Below are positions 1-11,194 of a DNA stretch of 64,000 nt, in pieces. The stretch is from Nitrosopumilus sp. GTDB taxonomy: Archaea; Thermoproteota; Nitrososphaeria; Nitrososphaerales; Nitrosopumilaceae. A model generated the notes under the pieces. It was not told the DNA's origin. It worked only from the letters and a program-made list of their open reading frames with translations, and ran no database searches. The stretch is taken from positions 384,001 to 448,000 of the forward strand of contig CBDBGZ010000009.1 of assembly GCA_965205425.1 (NCBI GenBank), in the 5' to 3' direction. Both the position numbers and the translations under genes were made by a program. Within the stretch, counting starts at the first letter, position 1. Each line of letters begins with the position of its first letter.

Positions 1-1
1 T

Positions 2-451
2 GAAGCAACAGGACATTCTCGTGATTCTATCAGGGCTTTAGTAATTGGTGAACATGGAGAAAATATGTTACCGTTGCCAAGATTTTCATCAGTATCAGGA
101 ATTCCATTATCATCATTTCTTCCAAAAGAAAAATTAGATGAATTAGTGATCAATACAAAACAAGTTGCAGCTAAAGTAATTGAATTAAAAGGTGCTACGG
201 TTCATGCTCCAGGAAATGCAATTTCTGCAATTGTAGAATCAGTTGTTAGAGATAGAAAGCAAGTCATTCCAGTTGCAACATATCTTGATGGAGAATATGG
301 ACATTCAGATGTAACAATTGGAGTTCCAGTAATAATTGGTAAAAAAGGAGTAGAAAAAATTATTGAGTTGGACCTAAATGATGAAGAAAAACAAGTGTTT
401 GATAAAGCAGTTCAAAGTGTAAAAGGCGCTATTTCAGGTATTGAGATCTAA
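2..451 (+). CDS. mdh: Malate dehydrogenase (LDH/MDH family), C-terminal part; 5' end outside window
   Basis: [11 protein letters not shown] catalytic His motif, [18 protein letters not shown]. Confidence 0.9.
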   Translation, partial: EATGHSRDSIRALVIGEHGENMLPLPRFSSVSGIPLSSFLPKEKLDELVINTKQVAAKVIELKGATVHAPGNAISAIVESVVRDRKQVIPVATYLDGEYGHSDVTIGVPVIIGKKGVEKIIELDLNDEEKQVFDKAVQSVKGAISGIEI

Positions 452-484
452 GCATTTTTTTATACTAACGTAGAAAATCCATCA

Positions 485-1267
485 TTGGAAATACATGAAA
501 TTTTAGAGTCATTAAAAGCAGGAAAAATTTCAGTTAATAATGCAAAAAAACTTTTGTCATTATATTCAATTGAAGAGATAGAAGGAATTGCTAAAATTGA
601 TATCAACCGAAGAAAACGAAGGGGGATTCCAGAAGTAGTTTTTGCAGAATCAAAGGAACTAGATGAGATTAAAAAAATTGCAAAAAAAACACTAGAGAAA
701 ACAAATTCAATGATCATATCAAGGATTAAGAAAAAGGATTATCCAAAAATTATGACTTTTGTAAAAGGGTTAAAAGTGAAAATTAAAACAGGTAAAAATT
801 CATCATCACTGCTATTATTTAAAAAACCAATTAAATTTCATGGTGGAAAAGTTGGAATAATAACTGCAGGTACGTCAGATATAGGAGTTGCAGAAGAATC
901 AAGATTGATGTGTGAGGCAATGAATTGTAAATGCATTACAAGTTATGATGTAGGGATTGCAGGCATACAAAGAGTATTCCCAATATTAAAAGAAATGGTA
1001 AAGGAAGATGTAGATTGCATCATAGTTGCTGCAGGAATGGAAGGTGCCTTAGCTACGCTAGTTTCTACGTTGGTAGATATTCCAATTATTGGAATTCCTA
1101 CTTCAGTAGGGTATGGATATGGAGAAAAAGGGATTGCAGCTCTTGCATCCATGCTTCAAAGTTGTTCTTTAGGATTATCAGTAGTGAATATCGATAATGG
1201 AATTGCAGCTGGTGGAATTGCTGCAAATATTGCAAACAGAGCAATTAGAAAAAAGGATTCAGATTAG
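485..1267 (+). CDS. larB: Nickel-pincer cofactor biosynthesis protein LarB (PurE-like)
   Basis: AGTSD, DVGIAG, AAGMEGAL, PTSVGYG, VVNIDNG motifs. Confidence 0.88.
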   Translation: MEIHEILESLKAGKISVNNAKKLLSLYSIEEIEGIAKIDINRRKRRGIPEVVFAESKELDEIKKIAKKTLEKTNSMIISRIKKKDYPKIMTFVKGLKVKIKTGKNSSSLLLFKKPIKFHGGKVGIITAGTSDIGVAEESRLMCEAMNCKCITSYDVGIAGIQRVFPILKEMVKEDVDCIIVAAGMEGALATLVSTLVDIPIIGIPTSVGYGYGEKGIAALASMLQSCSLGLSVVNIDNGIAAGGIAANIANRAIRKKDSD

Positions 1268-1325
1268 ATTAAGGGCTAACCAACCTCGTAAATGATATAT
1301 AACATACCAAAAAGAAGTTGGGTAA

Positions 1326-2906
1326 TTGTCTGGCAAACGTGTTGTACTTACTGCTGATCGTAGTTTAATGACAAATTATAGAGGGAATTTTCTTTACGGA
1401 TTTATTGCATGTGGACCATATGAGGTTCTACCGGAATGGGTTTTTGATAAAGTATTCTGTCCTTCAGTAGAAACAGACCCAATAACAGGTCAAGTAAAAG
1501 TTGCCCAAGTTGGATTAAGAAGAATTGAAAGTTCATTGATTCAAGGAGGATATAAAAGAGAGGATGTGTTCATGGCACATCCTGAAATGCTTAACAAATC
1601 AATTGGACCAGATACCAAAGTTGTTGGAATTAATGTTATGGATCCTCTAGGAATGGCCCCAGTTACAACAACAATGTCACCAGAGAAATTATCCTATGTA
1701 GCAATGAAATTCAAAAAAATGTGTGCAAGTATAATTCAGCTAAAAAAGAAATATGATTTCAAAGTAGTAGTTGGGGGTAATGGGGCATGGGAATTAGCAA
1801 AATCAGATAGAATGAAAATCCATGGTATTGACACAGTTGTTGTTGGAGAAGCAGATGAATTAGCAGTAGATTTATTTCAAGATTTAGAAAAAAATGATGC
1901 TCCAGAATTAATGCATTGTTTTGTAAGAAACCTGGAAAATATCCCAGTAATAGAAGGTCCAACAATTAATTCATTGATTGAAGCAATGCGTGGATGTGGA
2001 AGAGGATGTGACTTTTGTGATGTAAACAAAAGATCAAAGAAAGATCTTCCACTAGAAAGACTACAACATGAAGCTAAAACAAACTTAGATTACGGATTTG
2101 ATTCTATATGGTTACATTCTGATGAGATGTTGCTATATGGATGTGATAACAGGGATTTTGTTCCAAATAGAGATGCAATTGTGGATTTGTGGAAAGGACT
2201 CAAAGGCTTAGGTGCAAATTTCATTGGTACTACTCACATGACATTTTCTGCAGTTGCAGCAGATCCTACATTAATGCAACAAATTTCTCAGATTAATGAA
2301 CAAGATAAAACTGGAAGATGGCTTGCAACTAATCTTGGAATTGAAACAGTTGCACCAGATATGGTAAAGAAACATCTAGGAGTTAAAACAAAACCATTTG
2401 CACCAGAAGAATGGGGAAGTGTTGTAAGAGAAGGTGCAAAAATTCTGAATGAAAACCATTGGTTCCCAGCTGCAACAATCATTATTGGTTGGCCTGATGA
2501 AACTCCGGATGATATTCAATACACCATAGACATGATGAGTGACTTTAGAGAAATGAACTTTAGAGGATTAGTAGCACCATTGCTCTACCAAGACTTTAGT
2601 GAAAAGAATTCAATGCACTTTGGTAACTTGAACGAAGCACAATTTACATTATTTTGGAAATGTTGGGAGAATAACTTACGCGTCATTAATGATATTATTC
2701 CAATTATTCTCAGAAACAAAAGTTTTGGTCCACCTATGAAAGTATTCATGTATGGAATTCTTAAAGCAGGAACTTGGGCAATTATGAGATATCTGCGAGG
2801 ATTATGTAAAGACTTGTTTAATGGTAGAACCCCAGATGAAATAATCGACAAATATGCCAGAAGCAGATCAGTAACTGCACCTAAAATTCAAACCAAAAAA
2901 TTATAG
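1326..2906 (+). CDS. B12-binding radical SAM protein, GDGT ring synthase (Grs)-like
   Basis: CGRGCDFC CxxxCxxC motif, N-terminal cobalamin-binding region (VVGINVMDPLG, VVVGGNGAW), VLTADR N-terminus; TTG start. Confidence 0.75.
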   Translation: MSGKRVVLTADRSLMTNYRGNFLYGFIACGPYEVLPEWVFDKVFCPSVETDPITGQVKVAQVGLRRIESSLIQGGYKREDVFMAHPEMLNKSIGPDTKVVGINVMDPLGMAPVTTTMSPEKLSYVAMKFKKMCASIIQLKKKYDFKVVVGGNGAWELAKSDRMKIHGIDTVVVGEADELAVDLFQDLEKNDAPELMHCFVRNLENIPVIEGPTINSLIEAMRGCGRGCDFCDVNKRSKKDLPLERLQHEAKTNLDYGFDSIWLHSDEMLLYGCDNRDFVPNRDAIVDLWKGLKGLGANFIGTTHMTFSAVAADPTLMQQISQINEQDKTGRWLATNLGIETVAPDMVKKHLGVKTKPFAPEEWGSVVREGAKILNENHWFPAATIIIGWPDETPDDIQYTIDMMSDFREMNFRGLVAPLLYQDFSEKNSMHFGNLNEAQFTLFWKCWENNLRVINDIIPIILRNKSFGPPMKVFMYGILKAGTWAIMRYLRGLCKDLFNGRTPDEIIDKYARSRSVTAPKIQTKKL

Positions 2907-3224
2907 ATTTTCAATAGCAACATCGGCTATGGTGTTTCGTTTTGGAGTTAATGAAATAAAGTATACTTTATCTGCTCTTTCAATACTCTCAACTTTTTTG
3001 AATGATTTTGATGAAACATCAAATTCATAAATTCCAGATTCAAGTGTACCTTTTGAATATAGCATAAGATATGTTTCTCCAGTTGAAGGACTAAGTGGAA
3101 TAAATGACATTACATGATCTTTGTATGAACTAATTGGCATTGTATTTTTCATTGGTGGAGCAGCTGATGCCATATACATTAAAAGATCTTCAATTGATTC
3201 AAATTCTTCATATTCAATATGCAT
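2901..3224 (-). CDS. Hypothetical protein
   Basis: 107-aa ORF with globular composition, convergent with upstream gene. Confidence 0.7.
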   Translation of the reverse strand: MHIEYEEFESIEDLLMYMASAAPPMKNTMPISSYKDHVMSFIPLSPSTGETYLMLYSKGTLESGIYEFDVSSKSFKKVESIERADKVYFISLTPKRNTIADVAIENL

Positions 3225-3274
3225 GAAAAACGATAAGGTGTTTCAGTATAATAACCTACTAGCGAAAAAATTGA

Positions 3275-4258
3275 TTATTTTCTAGATTTGATGTGTTGAC
3301 TAACTTTGAATCCAATTACTGCAGGAGCTGCAATATACATTCCCAAATTAAGAGCAATTACAGAAATGCCCAATCCTAAAACTTCTGCTTCTGAACCTTC
3401 ATTTGCTAATGACATTATAGATAATGTTGAAAGCATTGGAGTGATGAGTGTCTTTACTGTTTCTTTAAACATTGGGCTTTCTCGTTCCCAATCTGCAACT
3501 GTTGGTGCAAATGAATAGTACAATGTGTTAAAGCCAGCCATAAATGAAGTTCCAGAAGCAGTACTGAATAATGTATTATCTCTAATTTCTCTAAGTAATT
3601 GTACTTGAGGAGCTAATTCAGTTCCATAAGCTGCTGTTGCAATTAAACATCCACTGTCATCATCTATTGGTTCAGGTGCAACCACTTGACAAATTCCATT
3701 TACTAACTGAGTTCCTGCACCACATGTTGGTTCTGGTTCTGGTGTAGTTGGTTCAGGTGTAGTTGGTTCTACAGGTGGTGGTTCAGGTGTATCTGGTTCT
3801 ACAGGTGGTGGTTCAGGTGTATCTGGTTCTACAGGTGGTTCAGGTTGACCAGAAACCACTTGTTCTCCACCAACATAATTTACTGTAACTTCAGATTTAT
3901 CAGCACCATATTGTAATTTAACAGTGTAATCACCAGCTAGATTCCAAAGAGGACCACCAGCAACAAATCTCTTTTCAAATGAACCATCAGAGCTTGGAGT
4001 TAATTGCCCAATTTGGACAATGGCATTATCAGGAGATACGATGAGAAAAGTGAGTCCTTTACCAGATGAAGAATCATAGTCTGGAAGAGTTCCAGATATT
4101 TTTACTGATGCTCCATTTGAAGCAAGATCTATATCAGTGGATACAGGTAATGCAGGATTTGGATCACTAGTAGCAAAAGCGGGACCACCAATACCATAAG
4201 ATAAAATTGAAAATGTTAATAATGCAAATGCTAAGAATCCAGTTAATCTCATTTTCAT
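3275..4258 (-). CDS. Secreted/surface CFI-box-CTERM protein with Pro-rich linker
   Basis: Signal peptide from ATG 4258, Ig-like region, PE/PT linker, CGAGTQLVNGIC, CLIATAAYGTELAPQVQLLREIRD, C-terminal TM. Confidence 0.85.
   Translation of the reverse strand: MKMRLTGFLAFALLTFSILSYGIGGPAFATSDPNPALPVSTDIDLASNGASVKISGTLPDYDSSSGKGLTFLIVSPDNAIVQIGQLTPSSDGSFEKRFVAGGPLWNLAGDYTVKLQYGADKSEVTVNYVGGEQVVSGQPEPPVEPDTPEPPPVEPDTPEPPPVEPTTPEPTTPEPEPTCGAGTQLVNGICQVVAPEPIDDDSGCLIATAAYGTELAPQVQLLREIRDNTLFSTASGTSFMAGFNTLYYSFAPTVADWERESPMFKETVKTLITPMLSTLSIMSLANEGSEAEVLGLGISVIALNLGMYIAAPAVIGFKVSQHIKSRK
3729..3846. repeat. Coding tandem repeat, ~3 x 30 bp (PEPPPVEPDT units)
   Basis: ggttcaggtgtatctggttctacaggtggt repeated in tandem. 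Confidence 0.9.
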
Positions 4259-4313
4259 TTTTGATTCGTGAGTTGAGGTATTTATATTTTCAATGAAAGA
4301 AAAATTGACCATA

Positions 4314-7300
4314 TCATATTCGAATTATACCTTTTTCGACTAAGTATTGAATTGATTTAATAAAATCCCCATCAGAAATTTGATCATTTGCCCACCATTT
4401 TGCATTATTTTTAATCCAATCAGGAATGTTTTGTTCAGAAATTGAAATTGTAGTACCTGAATTAACAGTTATGAGGCCCTCATCTATAAGATATTCAAGT
4501 CCATCAATAAATTCAGAGTCAGAAACGGTGTCAGATGACCACCATTTTGCATTATTTTTAAACCAATCAGGAATAATTGGATTTGAAACTACAAAAGAAA
4601 GAGTCTTTACAAATGAATTATTATGAAATAAATCAATTTTGTAAATACCAGCTAAAGAATTTTCATTAACTGAGATTAAAGATTTGAAACTTCCTGCACT
4701 AGATAAAATTGCACCAAAATTTTGAGTTTGTTCATCTGGTGTTGTAATTATAACATCTAATGGGATTCCTCGTCTAGGGTTATCTACAGTACCAGAAAGA
4801 ATAATTTCTTCAATTTGTCCTGAAATAGGTTTTACCACTTCATATTCACTAAGTTGTGCAGATGTATGAAATGATGTGGGCGTAGATCTCAACAAACTGA
4901 AAGTATTTGCATTACCGAAATCATCTCTAGAATCATAATATTTTGCATCAAGACTTCCTCCTGCTGAAGAGATTATCTCAGTTCCAGACTTGTTGCATAT
5001 TTTTGAAGGCATTTTAAACACCCCTTCAAAAATTCCTGTACTTGGTCCCGTCTCTACTAAAGTGAAACCAGTATCACCTAGACCACCATATGCTATACCA
5101 TCTACAGTACAACGTTTGTATCTAATGTCTTTGATCAAAACTTCCAATAAAGCAATTCCATCTTTTCCAACAGTGTCAACATTAGAGGAGTTTGGATCAT
5201 TGATTACAAAATAGATATCAAATAAATCATTTTCCAAATTTAGATCAGGATCATTTAATGTTAAAGTTACAGGTTGACCGAATCGGTAAGATTTTGAATC
5301 AGAAGAAATTATTCCAGCACTTGTGTTAATATCAGATTGTGACGAAGTGATTGTAAAAATTCCAGTAGCATCAAGATCAGAATAAGAAATTAAAATTCCT
5401 TCATCATCAACTAACCTGTCAGTAACAATGAATTTTATTTGATCATCTATTGGTTGAATGGTTTTGATAAACAATGGATCCAAAATATTCAATTGATTTG
5501 CAACAGAATATTCCATAGTCCCATCAAAGGTTGCAGAATTATCAGATGTTTCTTCTAATTCAAAACGATAAATAGAATTGTTCACATCATTTGAATTTTT
5601 AATTCCAAATGAAAAGAAATCAAATACTATTGGTTGTTTGTTGACTTCATTAGAAATTGTTACCACATCACCAGTTCCTGTAGAATCAAAATCAATTACA
5701 AGAAACACAGTTCCACTTTCATTGGAAATATTTGTGATATCTGCATCATCAATTTGGATAAATCCATGAGATGAAGAAATATCTCCAGCATCAACAATAG
5801 TAATTGGGAAAGTTCCTAAAATTCCAAAAGAAAGTGTGAATGAAGTATCGCTGAAATCAGAAATACCATAATCATTTTCAAATGATCTTAAATCATAATT
5901 TATCCAATTGGTTCCATCAGTATTGGATTCAGAAATATCAAGTAACGATGACGATAAAGTAGATGCTGAAATTCCCAGATTGATTGAAATCATTTCATAT
6001 GAACTAGATACATTTGATGAATCTATTACAAGTCGGTCAGAATTAGAATCAGGCACAGATGAATCAAAATCATCTCCGCCTACAAGAATAGGAGATAATG
6101 AGTGAAATTGAACATCTTGAGCATTCTCAAAAGTTATAGGTTTCCCAATTGTCAATGAAGGAATAATTGCGGTTTCTCTAAAAACATCCAGATCATCACG
6201 TGCACCTGAATTGATATTCTGATCAGGATCTACAAGAGTTACAGGAAATTCAGTGCCAGGTTTCAAGGATTGAAAACCATTTCCAATATTCAAAGTTGGA
6301 TTTTCTAAAGAAACAGTAGCTGATGAAGAACCAGTAAGAATTGAAATTGAATTTTTGTTATATGTTATGGAGCCTGTTTGTCCTCTTGGAGCATCATCTA
6401 AAATTCCCATAGTTGATTGATCATTATTATCTCCAGTATCAAAAATTCCAGAATTAGGACCATCTTCTACTAATGTAACAATTTCAGAATATGTTGTAGT
6501 TCCATCAGTTACACTAGTACTAGATTGTTCATCATTTGATTGTAATTCAATTACAGAGTTTAGATTTACAGATAGTTTTCCATTATCTTCAAAACCTATG
6601 TTAGAAAGATTAGAAGTTAGATCTACTAGTCCAATTCCTCCATTTGCAGAACTTTGCCCATTTTCATCAAATGCTTGATAGAAAGTAGACGAAGTATCTA
6701 CATCAAAAGTCCAAGAATCTTCATCGGTAGGATCTTGATTTAGTTGAAAATCATTAATTGTTAAAAAAACTTCAGCATTGTTTGGATAAATAGATCTATC
6801 AATTTCCATAGAGATGTTTTGGCTTTCATCATATTCTAATGAAACAATTTGAGGTGGACCACTAGGATTGTATTGGATTGTAACTTCACTAAATGAATAA
6901 AGTTGGATTAATGGCCAAGCATTTTCATCTAATCCTATTTGTCCAGTAGAAACATTAGGATTAGTATTAATTGATTTTGCATTTCTAACTACATTATTCA
7001 AGTTTGTTCCAGATGGAGATACAGTGCATTCAGAGAATGATGTATTTCCATTAGTTGAACCAGTTGAAAAGCGTGGAATAGCAAAACCATCAGTATCAGA
7101 AAGAGAGATTCCAATTATTGGAGAAGAAGTATCTCTACTACAAAAGACTCCAAAATCCAATCCTTCCCCAGATAATCCTACAGTAGAATCTGCTTGTTTA
7201 GCCTTGTCTACATTTGCAAAATATGCATACCAACTACCATCAGTTGCTTGAGTCATTCGTAATGATTTTCCATTAATAGTTACATCAGGTTCACCCTTAC

Positions 7301-7496
7301 CCTCATCAGTATCAGATAGATTTGGATCAATTACTACTACTTCAATAACCATTGAACCAGAAAAAGAATTGTTGAATTGTGAACTTTCTGCAGAAACAAA
7401 CAGATTTGGATTACTTGATGCTTCAACATCAAATATAGGAATAGACAATAATATTGAAAAAGTAGCCACTAAGATGAAATATTTCAGATCCAACAC
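4314..7496 (-). CDS. S-layer-protein-like secreted protein with two C-terminal IPDW-KNNAKWW repeats
   Basis: Signal peptide; NLFVSAESSQFNN...VIEVVVID...KGEPDVTING resembles thaumarchaeal S-layer N-terminus; repeated TLVE-G-NSGIF-G Ig-like motifs; very acidic. Confidence 0.75.
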   Translation of the reverse strand: MLDLKYFILVATFSILLSIPIFDVEASSNPNLFVSAESSQFNNSFSGSMVIEVVVIDPNLSDTDEGKGEPDVTINGKSLRMTQATDGSWYAYFANVDKAKQADSTVGLSGEGLDFGVFCSRDTSSPIIGISLSDTDGFAIPRFSTGSTNGNTSFSECTVSPSGTNLNNVVRNAKSINTNPNVSTGQIGLDENAWPLIQLYSFSEVTIQYNPSGPPQIVSLEYDESQNISMEIDRSIYPNNAEVFLTINDFQLNQDPTDEDSWTFDVDTSSTFYQAFDENGQSSANGGIGLVDLTSNLSNIGFEDNGKLSVNLNSVIELQSNDEQSSTSVTDGTTTYSEIVTLVEDGPNSGIFDTGDNNDQSTMGILDDAPRGQTGSITYNKNSISILTGSSSATVSLENPTLNIGNGFQSLKPGTEFPVTLVDPDQNINSGARDDLDVFRETAIIPSLTIGKPITFENAQDVQFHSLSPILVGGDDFDSSVPDSNSDRLVIDSSNVSSSYEMISINLGISASTLSSSLLDISESNTDGTNWINYDLRSFENDYGISDFSDTSFTLSFGILGTFPITIVDAGDISSSHGFIQIDDADITNISNESGTVFLVIDFDSTGTGDVVTISNEVNKQPIVFDFFSFGIKNSNDVNNSIYRFELEETSDNSATFDGTMEYSVANQLNILDPLFIKTIQPIDDQIKFIVTDRLVDDEGILISYSDLDATGIFTITSSQSDINTSAGIISSDSKSYRFGQPVTLTLNDPDLNLENDLFDIYFVINDPNSSNVDTVGKDGIALLEVLIKDIRYKRCTVDGIAYGGLGDTGFTLVETGPSTGIFEGVFKMPSKICNKSGTEIISSAGGSLDAKYYDSRDDFGNANTFSLLRSTPTSFHTSAQLSEYEVVKPISGQIEEIILSGTVDNPRRGIPLDVIITTPDEQTQNFGAILSSAGSFKSLISVNENSLAGIYKIDLFHNNSFVKTLSFVVSNPIIPDWFKNNAKWWSSDTVSDSEFIDGLEYLIDEGLITVNSGTTISISEQNIPDWIKNNAKWWANDQISDGDFIKSIQYLVEKGIIRI

Positions 7497-7591
7497 GATC
7501 CTAAAAGCCTATTTTATCACAAATAACGTTGTCGTAGGATTACTTCGTAGAAAACGGTAATACGTGATTCAAATCATCAAAAATAAGGGAA

Positions 7592-8944
7592 ATGTTTGTT
7601 CAAAGAACCAGAGTTTTACAGATTTCACTTTTAGCTATTTTTTCAGCATTTTTAGTAGAATTAATTTTTGGGTTAATTTCAAACAGTCTAGCACTCATTA
7701 CAGATAGTATTCATGCATTACTAGACAGTGTAGTTACATTGATTTTACTTTTAGTAGCAAGATGGGCAATCAAACCTCCAGATGCGGAACATACGTATGG
7801 ACATGGAAAAATTGAATCATTAGGAGGGCTAATTGGAGGAATAGCAATTTTCATAATTGCTTGCTTTTTCATTTATGAATCCATCAACAGATTACAAAGT
7901 CCACCTCCAAGTGTTTTGCCAGGATTATTTGCAATAATTGGTGGCCTATACACAATCGGAGTTGATTTTTTCAGGATTATTATTCTGAGAAGATCTATTA
8001 AGAAAATTGGTGGGGCTACACTAAAAGCGGATTTTTATCATGCATTCATGGATCTTGGTTCTACATTAGTTGCAATCGTAGGAATTGTTCTAGTTTCATA
8101 TGGCATGTATTTTGGGGATTTTGTTGCTGCATTAATTTTAGGAGTATTGTTAGCAGCATTAAGTGTAAAACTAGTATACAAAACTGCATTAGATTTAACG
8201 GATGTAATTTCCCCAGAACTTGTAAAAAATGTTAGAGAAATTTCAATTTCTACAGAAGGGGTAATAGATGCAGGGCCAATCCTCATGAGAAGATCAGGAG
8301 ATACAATTTTTGCAGATATTACCATTTCATTAAGAGGAGATACTAGTTTTGATAAAGCACATGAAATTAGTGACAGTGTAGAGGTAAACATAAAAAATAA
8401 AATTCCAAATGCTTCTACCACCATACATTTTGAACCAAATTGGAAAAATGTTCCATTAGATGCAAAAATTTTAGAGATTGCAAAAAATGTAGATGGAGTC
8501 AAAGGAGTTCATAATGTCAGTACACATAAAACAAAAGGAAAAACATACTCTAATCTTCATGTAATGGTAGATAGAGAAATCAATCTATTATCAGCTCATA
8601 AAATTTCAGAAATTATCGAACATGAAATCCAAGAACAAGTACCAGAAATTATACATGCAACTATTCATTTAGAACCATTTGTCACAGTTCCAGAGAATTT
8701 CAATATTGAAGATATTGAAACTGAAGAAAAAATCAAGGGGATTTTAGAGAAATATCCAGATATTAAAAAAATTGGCAGGATATTATCTTTAAAATTTGAA
8801 AACATACTCAAAATAGATATTGATTGTTCATTTGACAAGGATTTATCAATTGAAAAAGTTCATGATTTGACATCAGAGATTGAACACATCATTAGAATAG
8901 AAATAAAAAATTCAGTGATTACTATTCATCCAGAACCAAATTAA
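7592..8944 (+). CDS. Cation diffusion facilitator (CDF) transporter with repeated C-terminal dimerisation domains
   Basis: SLALITDSIHALLD, PPDAEHTYGHGKIE, ADFYHAFMD, three IH-EP-ending domains. Confidence 0.9.
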   Translation: MFVQRTRVLQISLLAIFSAFLVELIFGLISNSLALITDSIHALLDSVVTLILLLVARWAIKPPDAEHTYGHGKIESLGGLIGGIAIFIIACFFIYESINRLQSPPPSVLPGLFAIIGGLYTIGVDFFRIIILRRSIKKIGGATLKADFYHAFMDLGSTLVAIVGIVLVSYGMYFGDFVAALILGVLLAALSVKLVYKTALDLTDVISPELVKNVREISISTEGVIDAGPILMRRSGDTIFADITISLRGDTSFDKAHEISDSVEVNIKNKIPNASTTIHFEPNWKNVPLDAKILEIAKNVDGVKGVHNVSTHKTKGKTYSNLHVMVDREINLLSAHKISEIIEHEIQEQVPEIIHATIHLEPFVTVPENFNIEDIETEEKIKGILEKYPDIKKIGRILSLKFENILKIDIDCSFDKDLSIEKVHDLTSEIEHIIRIEIKNSVITIHPEPN

Positions 8945-10119
8945 ACTAAGATACTAGTAAGATACATCACCAACATTCCAACTGCAAATCCAGATGCCAC
9001 TGAAGCACTTGAGAGATTATTATCACCTTCATCTCTAATCCATTTCATAATTACAACAATGACCTGAAATATTGCTCCAGCACCAATTGAGAGGAAAATT
9101 ACAGATGTAAATGGAGAATATGAAAAACCACCAATCCAGGCACCAAAAATAGCTGGAGCTCCTGCTATCATGCCCATAGTAGCCAATTTTCCAATCATTA
9201 GTTTTCCTCGTGACATTGGTGTGGCAATTGCTATTCCTTCAGTTGTGTTATGCAAGGCAAACCCTACAATCAGAAATGTACTAAATGCAACAGATCCTAA
9301 TCCAACTGCAGCACCAATTGCAAGACCTTCTCCAAAATTATGTAAACCTATACCAATTGAAATCATTAATGCAATGGCAACTGGTTTTGCAAGTTTTGAT
9401 GAACTAGCTCGTTCAACAAGTTTGTTTCCGGAATAATATAATCCAAGAAAAGACAATATTGTTACAGTAGCTACCAACAAAGAACCATTGAAACTTCCTG
9501 CTAGATTTTCGTCAGAAACTTCTATTGCCTCTTCAATAGAATCAATTGCTAAGAAAAGCAATAATCCGACAGTTAATGCTAAAAAGAAATGGAATTTTTG
9601 TTTACTTATCTTCTTGATAAAAGGAAGCCACAATAATCCAATCATTACTGGAATTATTCCAACATATGTTCCAATTATTGCAAAAAATATTGCAAGATCT
9701 AAAGAAGGTTCTAATGCAGGTGCTGCAGCTTCAACTTCTTTTTCAAATCTTGTTCCATCTTCAATAGTAATTCCAATAATGTAAGGTTCTGCCTCATTCC
9801 ATTCAAAAGGAATTCTAACAAGAGTAGTTTCAAATCTTTCCAAAAATCTGTCAGGCTCTACTGCTGCTGGTTGAATTCTGTCATTGATATCAGCCATTAC
9901 AACTTCAACGGGAATTGGACCAGTATTTCTGACGGTTGCTTGAACTTCAGAATTAACAAAATCTACTTTTTCAATTGTAATTTCAGGTAAAGGAGTTCCA
10001 AAATCTAACAAATCAGCACCAGGGCCAAAAATATAGACCATCATCAGAATAACAAAAGCAAATGGGATAATTCCACTAGCAATTACTTTTCCTTTTGAAA
10101 AATTATTATCAAGTTCCAT
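8941..10119 (-). CDS. ZIP-family divalent metal transporter with N-terminal extracellular domain
   Basis: GLHNFGEGLAIG and LHNTTEG motifs; start uncertain (10119 or 10155). Confidence 0.88.
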   Translation of the reverse strand: MELDNNFSKGKVIASGIIPFAFVILMMVYIFGPGADLLDFGTPLPEITIEKVDFVNSEVQATVRNTGPIPVEVVMADINDRIQPAAVEPDRFLERFETTLVRIPFEWNEAEPYIIGITIEDGTRFEKEVEAAAPALEPSLDLAIFFAIIGTYVGIIPVMIGLLWLPFIKKISKQKFHFFLALTVGLLLFLAIDSIEEAIEVSDENLAGSFNGSLLVATVTILSFLGLYYSGNKLVERASSSKLAKPVAIALMISIGIGLHNFGEGLAIGAAVGLGSVAFSTFLIVGFALHNTTEGIAIATPMSRGKLMIGKLATMGMIAGAPAIFGAWIGGFSYSPFTSVIFLSIGAGAIFQVIVVIMKWIRDEGDNNLSSASVASGFAVGMLVMYLTSILV

Positions 10120-11164
10120 AATCAGAATCCTGAATATTATCATCGTGGTTGTCATTTACTAGGAAAATTCCAACCCAACCTTTCTCTGAAAATTCTACCT
10201 TATGAGCATGAAATAGATATTTTCCTGGGAAATCATATACAAATTCCATGATTCCACGCTCGGTTTGAGATAATGTAACCATGTCAGTGTAAAATGAAGG
10301 TACAAGATCAGTACCGGTCGGATAGTATTTGTACAAATTTCCATGAAGATGAAGATTGTTTATTGGATCGAATTCTACCATATTTACTACATAAACTCGA
10401 ATTAATTCATTCGTGTTGATTTGAATTGGATGGTGTTGATAGTAAAAAGGAATGGTATTTGCAGCATAAAAATTATTTTCAGTATCAAAATCGGTATCCA
10501 ATCCATTTAACACCATAACCATTTCATCAGCTGGTGGACGTTCTTCTTTAGGATCAACAATGAACACACCATAAAGGCCATGAACAATATGTTCTTCCAA
10601 AGGCATAACATGGCAATGGTAAGGATGTACCCCTACAGGTCCTGCTGTGAATTCATAAACAAATTGTCCTCCATTACCACCAACGGGTTCAAAAACTCCA
10701 TCCATTCCAGCAGGATGAATTCCATGGAAATGCATTGTGTGTTCTTTTGAACCATTATTGATGAATTTGATTTTCAGTAAATCTCCTTCTGTTGCTCTAA
10801 TTGTTGGTCCTGGAACCGTTCCATTAAAAGTCCACACATTATAAAATACACCAGGAGAAACTTCCATTATTTTATCATCTTCAGCAATAATTGTAAATTC
10901 TCTTAGAACGGTACCGTCAGCTAATTGTGAAACATTACCATAATTGAATTCTCTCAAATATTCCATCGGATCAAATTCTACAGTAGAAACAGTATAGAGA
11001 GGATCAATTATTTCGCCAGATGTTTGAACTATCGCACCGGAGTGAGTTACAAATGTTTTGGGTTCAGACTGTGCATCAGAAAAGGTTGGAAAGAATACAA
11101 TGATCGAGAATCCAATCACTACAGAAAGGAAAGAAATCATAATAGTTGATCTGCCAATTCGCAA
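10109..11164 (-). CDS. Two-domain multicopper oxidase
   Basis: HTMHFHG, YHCH...HIVHGLYG, LHLHG, FHAH copper ligands; N-terminal anchor. Confidence 0.88.
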   Translation of the reverse strand: MRIGRSTIMISFLSVVIGFSIIVFFPTFSDAQSEPKTFVTHSGAIVQTSGEIIDPLYTVSTVEFDPMEYLREFNYGNVSQLADGTVLREFTIIAEDDKIMEVSPGVFYNVWTFNGTVPGPTIRATEGDLLKIKFINNGSKEHTMHFHGIHPAGMDGVFEPVGGNGGQFVYEFTAGPVGVHPYHCHVMPLEEHIVHGLYGVFIVDPKEERPPADEMVMVLNGLDTDFDTENNFYAANTIPFYYQHHPIQINTNELIRVYVVNMVEFDPINNLHLHGNLYKYYPTGTDLVPSFYTDMVTLSQTERGIMEFVYDFPGKYLFHAHKVEFSEKGWVGIFLVNDNHDDNIQDSDYGT

Positions 11165-11194
11165 GATGTATCAAAACTCAAAAATTCTTTATTT

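Noticed and set aside
3729..3846. 30-bp repeats as a CRISPR array
   Set aside because: No spacers; they encode an in-frame Pro-rich linker. No cas genes or array seen in the window.
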